Shown here piece after piece: positions 1 through 9,815 of a stretch of 64,000 nucleotides of DNA. This stretch comes from Myxococcota bacterium (GTDB taxonomy: Bacteria > Myxococcota_A > Polyangia > Polyangiales > Houyiibacteriaceae), in assembly GCA_039028875.1 (NCBI GenBank), contig JBCCHE010000018.1, forward strand, positions 9,834 through 73,833, read 5' to 3'. The translations under genes were made by a program, and so were the position numbers. Position 1 is the first letter of the stretch. Each line of letters starts with the position of its first letter. The notes under the pieces were generated by a model. That model had not been told where the DNA came from. It saw nothing but the letters and a program-made list of their open reading frames with translations, and ran no database searches.

Positions 1-1
1 A

Positions 2-490
2 CGTCTCGCGCGCACCGATGGCAAAGTCGCCGACCTCAATAACGAGATCAAAGACGAGGAACGTCGGCTCGCTCGGGTGCGCGACAAGCTCGCGCAGAAC
101 CGCCAGGACAAAGCCGCCGTCGAGCAACAACTCTCCGAGACGGAGCGTGATCTCTCGAGCACCGAAAGGCGGCTGACCGATAGCCTCCAGAAGCTGGCCA
201 GCGAAGAGGACCGTTCGCGACAGCTCGATCGCAATCTCGCGCGAGCACGGGAGCGCAAAGTCGAGCTCCAAGCCGACATTGCCGCGCTCGAGGCACGGCT
301 AGAGGCCGAGGCCACCAAGACCGACGAGCTGCAGTCCGCGGTCGCACGCGCGGTGGCAGCGCGAAGCCGCGCAGAGCTCGAGATGGAGTTCCTGCAGGAT
401 GAGCTCGAGTCTCTGCGAATCCGAAATCTCCCGCGCGGGCCGGCAGCGCCGTCGTCGCCCGATATTGAGCCCGCGCCCGGCGACGAGTGA
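2..490 (+). CDS. coiled-coil protein, C-terminal part (5' end lies outside window)
   Basis: Frame is open from base 2 (RLARTDGKVADLNNEIKDEERRLARV...) and runs into ORF-track 77..490. The sequence is E/R/L/A/Q-rich and heptad-like. The stop overlaps the GTG start of the next ORF (GTGA at 487-490). Confidence 0.6.
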   Translation, partial: RLARTDGKVADLNNEIKDEERRLARVRDKLAQNRQDKAAVEQQLSETERDLSSTERRLTDSLQKLASEEDRSRQLDRNLARARERKVELQADIAALEARLEAEATKTDELQSAVARAVAARSRAELEMEFLQDELESLRIRNLPRGPAAPSSPDIEPAPGDE

Positions 491-1020
491 TCGACCGCCT
501 CGCATCGCTGAGCCCCGCGCTCCTGCGTGTCCTGACGATTCGGTTCGGCATGCTGTTCGCGTTCTGCACGGCCTTGATGGCGTTGCTCGGCGTCCCGCTC
601 GAGGGTGAGCTTACCCCATGGGGTATCGTTTCGTTCCAGCTCGCAAGGACGCCGATGCGCGCACTTGCAATCCTACTCCAATGGCAGGCCGACTCTGCGC
701 TCGGGCACGCCAAGCTAGGCCTCCTCGTCGACTTCCTCTACCTCGTCGTCTACAGCGGTTTTTTCGTGACCCTTGCCTTGTGGTTGGGTGCGCTGCTTCG
801 CGACGGAACGTGGAGCGTGAGGGCGGCGTGGGCAGCGGTCGGGGCGGCAGTATGCGACGCACTCGAGAACGTGGTGCTCTTGATTGAAGTCGTTCGGGTT
901 GACTCCCCGAGCCCCTACCCCGAGGCCGCGTTCTCGTTCGCGGTGATCAAGTTCGCCCTTCTCGGCGGGGCGATCGCGTATGTCGTGAGCGCAATTGTTC
1001 GGCTACTGGCGCGTCGCTAG
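487..1020 (+). CDS. integral membrane protein, unknown function
   Basis: ORF-track 487..1020, 177 aa with about 5 hydrophobic helices (FGMLFAFCTALMALLGV, LLVDFLYLVVYSGFFVTLALWLGALL, FAVIKFALLGGAIAYVVSAIV). Translationally coupled to the upstream coiled-coil ORF. Confidence 0.6.
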   Translation: MIDRLASLSPALLRVLTIRFGMLFAFCTALMALLGVPLEGELTPWGIVSFQLARTPMRALAILLQWQADSALGHAKLGLLVDFLYLVVYSGFFVTLALWLGALLRDGTWSVRAAWAAVGAAVCDALENVVLLIEVVRVDSPSPYPEAAFSFAVIKFALLGGAIAYVVSAIVRLLARR

Positions 1021-1193
1021 CGGCGCCCTTTGTAACCCATCATGTCTTGCATGGCCGATTCGCTCATTTCGGCGATCTCGGCTTCTTCGGCGATCCGTTC
1101 GGCGCAGTCTTCGCAGACCTTGATGCGGCGGCCGTCAGCTTTCACCGAAACCAAGTCATCGACCTCGTCTTTGCAGGCACGGCAGGCGGCCAC
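1017..1193 (-). CDS. small CxxC...CxxC zinc-ribbon protein (58 aa)
   Basis: Lies inside ORF-track 1017..1289. I place the start at GTG 1193-1191, one nt after the TGA (1197-1195) of the upstream gene. Sequence is VAACRACKDEV...KVCEDCAERIAEEAEIAEM with an acidic tail. The longer N-terminal extension would overlap the upstream CDS. Confidence 0.45.
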   Translation of the reverse strand: MAACRACKDEVDDLVSVKADGRRIKVCEDCAERIAEEAEIAEMSESAMQDMMGYKGRR

Positions 1194-1194
1194 G

Positions 1195-1881
1195 TCAGCG
1201 CGCCCTCGGGAGGATACGGGCCATCGACGGCAGCACGATGTTCTTGCGCACCGAACGCACGGCGCCCCCGAAGCCCACCGGCAGCGCACGAAAGGCGATG
1301 TCGAGATGCTTGGGGTTCGACTCCACGCCGTGGAGGGTCACGAAGGACGTCAAGAGAGACACCGCGCGACGGACCAGCGGGTTCTTGCCAATCTTGGGGT
1401 CGCGCATGAGGTCGAGCACGATGCGGTTGCCGTTCGCCTCAGCCAAAACAGGCGAGCGGCCGGGCATGAAGTTCACCAGCGTCCCCGGGTTCGTCAGATC
1501 GAGTGCACCTGACTTGATCAATGCTGCCACTGGGCTTTCGGACTCACCGTTGAGTTTGAGGGACACCTCTTCGAGGCGTAGGGCGACGGTGAGTTCCTCC
1601 TCGTTGAACACGACGCGTTCGACAAAGATGATCGAGGACGCTCGAATCGGCGTGGACATCAAGTCGACGTTGCCCGAGACCCTGAGGCCTGGAGGTACCG
1701 AATCGATGTTGAAGTCCTCGACCTTGCCGGAACGCTCGGCCTGAGCCCCTAACCAGCGAAGTGCCGCGAGGGGAACACCAAAACGGAGCCCGAGGGCGCT
1801 TCGAACGGCGCGACCAAATTCTTCGGGGTGCGAGCGCAGGTACGAGCGCACGGCGTCGACTGTTTCTTGGGGTGTGGGCAT
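1195..1881 (-). CDS. hypothetical protein (228 aa)
   Basis: ORF-track 1195..1881 with an ATG start and balanced, protein-like composition. The competing same-region ORFs are R/S/P-rich antisense artefacts. I recognise no family. Confidence 0.6.
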   Translation of the reverse strand: MPTPQETVDAVRSYLRSHPEEFGRAVRSALGLRFGVPLAALRWLGAQAERSGKVEDFNIDSVPPGLRVSGNVDLMSTPIRASSIIFVERVVFNEEELTVALRLEEVSLKLNGESESPVAALIKSGALDLTNPGTLVNFMPGRSPVLAEANGNRIVLDLMRDPKIGKNPLVRRAVSLLTSFVTLHGVESNPKHLDIAFRALPVGFGGAVRSVRKNIVLPSMARILPRAR

Positions 1882-1923
1882 GACCCGGGGGAGTCTAATG
1901 TCGCGGTCCGCCCACGTAAATGA

Positions 1924-2523
1924 TCAATCGGGCTGGCTCGTGCTGGGGTCGCAAAAACCCCGTCCGTTCCCGAGATCGACGCAGGCTTGCTGAAACGGGC
2001 AACGGTTGACCATGGTGAAGTCGCACACCTCCACGCAGATGGGCCCGGCTCGGTCGGGATTGTCCAGGTCGCAGTCTTGGCCGTCGAGGCAGACGCAGGC
2101 GCCGCCAAGTTCGCAGTCGATGCTGTAGGTACACACTTGCCCGATCAAGACCGGTTCGAAGTCTGGGGCGTTCAGCGTACCCGGAAGGCACACGAAGAGT
2201 CCGGTCGCGTCGTCTCCCCCGGCGCCGCCGCTGCCGCCCGCACCGCCGCTGCCGCCCGCACCACCGCTGCCGCCCGCGCCACCGGTACCGTCGATGAAGG
2301 GCGCGCCTTCGAGACACGCTTGCGCGTCATCGCAACGAACCGTGTCCTCCGAGCATGTCTCGAGGCAGAACTTGCCGTAGACCGTCTCGGTACAAACCCC
2401 TCCCGAGCGGCATTCTTGCGTGTCGAAGCAGTTGGATCCGATCGCGACGCGGTCATTGCAACCAGCGGTCGCGACCGAAAACACGACCGCGAGCCAAACA
2501 CACCACCGGGTCCGAACGTTCAT
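1924..2523 (-). CDS. Cys-rich lipoprotein with (GGAGGS)n linker
   Basis: ORF-track 1924..2541. Start moved to ATG 2523 (MNVRTRWCVWLAVVFSVATAGC, lipobox ATAGC). About 20 Cys in C-x-x-C-like spacing. Internal GGAGGSGGAGGSGGAGGSGGAGG. Confidence 0.7.
   Translation of the reverse strand: MNVRTRWCVWLAVVFSVATAGCNDRVAIGSNCFDTQECRSGGVCTETVYGKFCLETCSEDTVRCDDAQACLEGAPFIDGTGGAGGSGGAGGSGGAGGSGGAGGDDATGLFVCLPGTLNAPDFEPVLIGQVCTYSIDCELGGACVCLDGQDCDLDNPDRAGPICVEVCDFTMVNRCPFQQACVDLGNGRGFCDPSTSQPD
2217..2288 (-). repeat. 18-nt in-frame tandem repeat (about 3.5 units) encoding GGAGGS
   Basis: Plus strand reads ccgccgctgccgcccgca repeated with single-base variants, inside CDS 1924..2523. Confidence 0.8.
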
Positions 2524-2562
2524 CTGGTGCGTATGTAGCAAGAGAGTGCGGTCGGCGCGATT

Positions 2563-5547
2563 TTATGGCTTGGTTCGGAGCGGTGGCTGCGCATCTGGCG
2601 GCGCAACGTACTGAGACGTATCCGGATCGAGCGTAAAGGTCTCGAGCGCGCCACGAAGCGCAGCAGCCTGCAAGCCAGCATGGTCGGGGCGAAAACCGTC
2701 GGTCATGGGGATCCGGTCGACCCGCTTGATCCACGCGGGACGGTCTTCGCACGGAAGTGTTTCGGTGAACCGGTTCAAGGACTGCAGCGAGAGTGGGCGG
2801 TCGCCCTCGGTGGTCACGACCGCGACCGGGGGACCGACCGAAGAGCCACCGGCCCCGAGAACCACGACCTGTCGAAAGCTTGGAAAGCCGTAGAGCTGGT
2901 CCTCGAGGCTTCGGGGGGACATCGTGCCGTGAGGTGTCCGGAGCATGCGGCGGACTCGATCGACAAACCAGAAGTCCCCGTCGCTGTCACGGCGGAGGAC
3001 GTCCCAGGTGACGAACCAGGTGTCGTTGGGCTCGAACACGCCCTGAAGCAGCCGGGAGCCAGCGTCGTCGCCACTGGCGAAACTCGCGACCGGGTGGTCG
3101 GAGTCAAGACGTGCGAGTAACACCCCGGGCTCGTCGACCTCACTCTGCGCGAGAAGGCCGTCCGGCGAGCGAACGAAGTCGCGCTTGTCGAAGTCGTAAC
3201 GGACCAGGGTGACCTCGGCGCTACCGGGCAACGGCTGACCGAGCGCCCCTTGTTTTTCACCGGAGGCGTTCGCAAGAACGGCGTTGCCCTCCGTCGATGC
3301 ATAGAACTCGAGGATGCCCATCGGCCCGAAGCGGTCGACGATGCGCCGCCACACGTCTTTTCGTAGGCCGCTTCCGGCGAAAAGCCGGATGGGATTGTCG
3401 TGATCGGCGGTCGATGGTGGGGGTGAAAGCAAGGCGCGAAGCATGTCCCCCGCGTAGAAGACGACGGTCGCGCCGTAGCGACGGACATCTTGCCAAAATC
3501 GGGTGGGCTCGAATGCGTCGGCGAGCGCAAGGCGTGAACCGCCGACGAGGCCTCCCCCCACCGCCACCAACATCCCAGCCGGGTGATGAAGAGGCAGGGC
3601 GCAGTAGACGGTGTCCTTGGGTGAGAGCGTGCACGCGGCGGCCGTACCGTAAGCTGAGAACGCCCAGCGCTGGTTGGTGATCTTGGCGGCGCGAGGCTTC
3701 TTGCCACGGCCGGCGGTGAGCATGATCATGGCGAGGTCGCGGGCGCAACCTGGGTTGGGTTCGTACCACGCTGGGATCGGGACTTGGTCAGGGTCGATCT
3801 GCTCCATGTCGACCGAGCCACGAGGCAACGAACGTTCCTCTCGCGCGCCACCGAGCACCAAGACTTCCGACGAGAACTGCATCCCGAGTTCGACGCTCTC
3901 GGGGTCAGCGACGAGGTAGCGGGGCGCGAACTGTTGGATCATCTCTTCGAGGGCTTCCTTCGGACGGGTCGGGCTGAGCAAGATGGGGACCGCCCCAAGT
4001 CGACTGAGCGCGGCTGTCATCGAGAGGTAGCTTGGCCGCGGCCCCATCAACACGGCGACGCGTTCGCCGCGACGGACGCCGCAGCGAATCAGACCGCGCA
4101 CGACGTTGTCGACTCGACGATCGGCCTGCGTGTAGGAGAAGGCGCGTCCTTCCCACAAAAAGAAGGTTCCCTCGGGGTCTTGATGGGCCTGCTCGGTCAA
4201 CGTGAGGCCGAGGCTGATCCGGGTTTCGGGTTTGAGCTGTTGAAGGACCGCCAGGCGGGGAAGCTGCCATCGCAGGCTGTCGAGCTCCTCGCCGGCGTCG
4301 GTCGCGGCGCGGCCGATGCGATCCCACCAAGCGCCGGCGGCGCCGACCATGGTTTGGTAGAGCAGCCCGAGATCGAAGTCGACGTCGTCGAAATCCGCCT
4401 CCTCGGGCTCTTGGATGGTTGGAGGCTTGCGTAAGGCTTCGGGTCGCTCGCCGATGCCTTCGCGCCAACGCACCCAGGTCGCAACCGTCGGCCAGCTGAA
4501 GCTCATGGCCTGGCGGCCGACCACGAGCCCAAAGTGGCCGGCTGGCATCGCGACCTCGTACCCCTCGGCGTGAGGGGCAGCCCCGAGAATCCCGCGGATC
4601 GCGTGCTCGCTGGCGATGGTGTCGTTTGTGCCGACGAAGAAGAGTACCGGGCAAGTGATGTCCGCTAGGCTGACCGCTCGGCCGTCGACGACGAAACCGC
4701 CGGATAGCATCCTGTTGTGCACGACAAACTCGTCGATGAACTTCTTGAGGGCTGGACCGGGCCACGCCACGAATCCTTCGCCGCCGAGGAATCGACGCCT
4801 CGCCTCGCGCTTTTCGAGGGCTTGGCGGTCGTGGAGTTTGCGTACGAAGTCGACGAGCTGGCCGACCTCTTTGTGAAGCGCGAGGACCTTGAAGCCGTTG
4901 CTTGTCAGGAATCCGGGGAGTCCTTCGAGCTTGTCGAGCGGGACATCGACGACGCCTTGCAACGCTTCGAAAACCCGACCTGCGATCGAGTCCTCGAGCA
5001 GCGGGATGTTGCGATGGATGTCGACCGGGCTACCGAACGTCACCACGGAAGCAATGCCTTCGGACCGCCGATACGCCGCGGTTTGGTACGCGAACATGCC
5101 CCCCTGGGAGTAGCCCACGAGATGCACGTCTTGCCCGGTGTGCTCGCGAATGAACTCGACTGCACCATCGACCGCTTTCACGTGGTCGTCGAAGGTGCGT
5201 TCCATGCCCCCCTCTTCTGACTCGGGAGATCCGAAGTCGATCACCCACGTGTCGAGGCCCTGCGCCACGAGCGCGCTCACGCCACTGATGTCCGGTGCGA
5301 CGTCGTAGATCTCGGCCGTCACCATCAGGGGCGGAATCAGGAGGAGCGGGGCGCGCACCGTGGGTTGATGATCGTCCCGGCCGTAGCGACGGAGGCGGGC
5401 GATCTCCATCGTGTGCAGGACCCTGTAGGGCGCATGGACGGGATCGGTGAATCGCCCGAGCCTCGCCAACTCGAACGCGTTCTCTGCGGCGCGCGCCACG
5501 CGCCGAAGCGACCCGCGCCACCCAGCCTCTCGACGGCCCGAACCCAT
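2563..5547 (-). CDS. fusion protein: N-terminal alpha/beta-hydrolase (lipase/PHA-synthase-like) plus C-terminal FATP/acyl-CoA-synthetase-like AMP-binding domain
   Basis: ORF-track 2563..5718. Start moved to ATG 5547 because the upstream 171 nt consist of repeat copy A. The N-terminal half has the GYSQGG nucleophile elbow. The C-terminal half has PRAAKITNQRW, LPLHHPAG and EFYASTEGN (AMP-binding family). The architecture recalls mycobacterial Rv1683-type lipase/acyl-CoA synthetase fusions. Confidence 0.8.
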   Translation of the reverse strand: MGSGRREAGWRGSLRRVARAAENAFELARLGRFTDPVHAPYRVLHTMEIARLRRYGRDDHQPTVRAPLLLIPPLMVTAEIYDVAPDISGVSALVAQGLDTWVIDFGSPESEEGGMERTFDDHVKAVDGAVEFIREHTGQDVHLVGYSQGGMFAYQTAAYRRSEGIASVVTFGSPVDIHRNIPLLEDSIAGRVFEALQGVVDVPLDKLEGLPGFLTSNGFKVLALHKEVGQLVDFVRKLHDRQALEKREARRRFLGGEGFVAWPGPALKKFIDEFVVHNRMLSGGFVVDGRAVSLADITCPVLFFVGTNDTIASEHAIRGILGAAPHAEGYEVAMPAGHFGLVVGRQAMSFSWPTVATWVRWREGIGERPEALRKPPTIQEPEEADFDDVDFDLGLLYQTMVGAAGAWWDRIGRAATDAGEELDSLRWQLPRLAVLQQLKPETRISLGLTLTEQAHQDPEGTFFLWEGRAFSYTQADRRVDNVVRGLIRCGVRRGERVAVLMGPRPSYLSMTAALSRLGAVPILLSPTRPKEALEEMIQQFAPRYLVADPESVELGMQFSSEVLVLGGAREERSLPRGSVDMEQIDPDQVPIPAWYEPNPGCARDLAMIMLTAGRGKKPRAAKITNQRWAFSAYGTAAACTLSPKDTVYCALPLHHPAGMLVAVGGGLVGGSRLALADAFEPTRFWQDVRRYGATVVFYAGDMLRALLSPPPSTADHDNPIRLFAGSGLRKDVWRRIVDRFGPMGILEFYASTEGNAVLANASGEKQGALGQPLPGSAEVTLVRYDFDKRDFVRSPDGLLAQSEVDEPGVLLARLDSDHPVASFASGDDAGSRLLQGVFEPNDTWFVTWDVLRRDSDGDFWFVDRVRRMLRTPHGTMSPRSLEDQLYGFPSFRQVVVLGAGGSSVGPPVAVVTTEGDRPLSLQSLNRFTETLPCEDRPAWIKRVDRIPMTDGFRPDHAGLQAAALRGALETFTLDPDTSQYVAPPDAQPPLRTKP

Positions 5548-5634
5548 ACCCCGCAACCCTACCACCCCGGGGTCACTCCGACCCTCCAGGAACCCTTTGT
5601 TTTCAAACACCTCCACACCGCACCGCGAAAACCC
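5548..5634 (-). repeat. repeat family copy A (66-nt core 5569..5634, extended to 5548), inverted relative to copy B
   Basis: The reverse complement reads GGGTTTTCGCGGTGCGG-N37-CGGAGTGACCCC followed by GGGGTGGTAGGGTTGCGGGGT, then ATG 5547. Confidence 0.8.
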
Positions 5635-5744
5635 AAAACCACCGTTCCAACGACGCCACCGCCGACGCCACTCCGACCCCAAAAGCAGCGCCCTTGTCGG
5701 GCCGCAGCGCTTCGGCATGCTTAGGCCGCCGATGGGTGCGAAAT

Positions 5745-5826
5745 GGGTTTTCGCGGTGCGGCTTGTAAGCCTTTGAAGTGGCTGGGGTTTTGGGGGGGCG
5801 GAGTGACCCCTAGGGTGAGGGGGGGA
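5745..5826 (+). repeat. repeat family copy B (66-nt core 5745..5810, extended to about 5826)
   Basis: GGGTTTTCGCGGTGCGG (5745-5761) ... TGGGGGGGCGGAGTGACCCC (5791-5810), then TAGGGTGAGGGGGGG. The TAG complement (5810-5812) is the stop of CDS 5810..6334. Confidence 0.8.
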
Positions 5827-6334
5827 TGCCTAGGGTGATGTCGACCATGAGGTCGGCGGCGATGGCTTCGAGGCCTTCGCGGAGTTGGTCGATGTCGAGG
5901 GAGCTGGGGGCGCGGAGGCGGGCGGTGGCTTTGAAGAGGGCGTCGCCGGACCAGGGGGCACCTTCGCACTGGGTGTCGAGCTCGTCGACATTGACGCCAC
6001 GCGCGGCCAAGGCCTCGGAAATCTTGTGGATGATGCCGGGTCGGTCGCTCCCGATCAGCTCGAGGAGGATCAGGTTTCCTTCTTCGGACGACGCCGAGAA
6101 GCCGCGTTCGATCGTGACCTGAAGGCCATCGTGCACCAGCGCCTGAAGCGCGTTCGTCAGCCCCTCCACCGCCGACTCTGGGACACTCGCCCGGAGGATC
6201 CCCGCGAAGTGACCTGCCAGATGGGCCATGCGGCTCTCCACCCAACTTCCGCCATGCGACTCGATCGCCCGGGACACCGACTCCACCAACCCAGGGCGGT
6301 CTGTTCCGATGATAGTAACGACGAGAGACTCCAT
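5810..6334 (-). CDS. gcvR: tandem ACT-domain protein, GcvR-like (glycine cleavage system regulator family)
   Basis: ORF-track 5810..6334, 174 aa. Two ACT-like halves, each opening with a DRPG motif (VVTIIGTDRPGLVESVS and LELIGSDRPGIIHKISE). Confidence 0.7.
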   Translation of the reverse strand: MESLVVTIIGTDRPGLVESVSRAIESHGGSWVESRMAHLAGHFAGILRASVPESAVEGLTNALQALVHDGLQVTIERGFSASSEEGNLILLELIGSDRPGIIHKISEALAARGVNVDELDTQCEGAPWSGDALFKATARLRAPSSLDIDQLREGLEAIAADLMVDITLGIPPSP

Positions 6335-6475
6335 GCCGGTCCACGTCCATACCTGTAATCACACGACATTCCAAGGTTTTTGAGAGGCGCGGATCGCGAC
6401 CAGGGGGCGACTGCCCAAGACCGCACGAGGATTGCGGCTAGATCTCGTGGAGTTAGCGCCGTAGAGCATTGCCCC

Positions 6476-9804
<3,329 letters not shown>

Positions 9805-9815
9805 TTAAGGAGGGG

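Noticed and set aside
5548-5718. 57-codon N-terminal extension of ORF 2563..5718
   Set aside because: This stretch is made of repeat copy A and its flank. The conserved protein sequence begins after ATG 5547.
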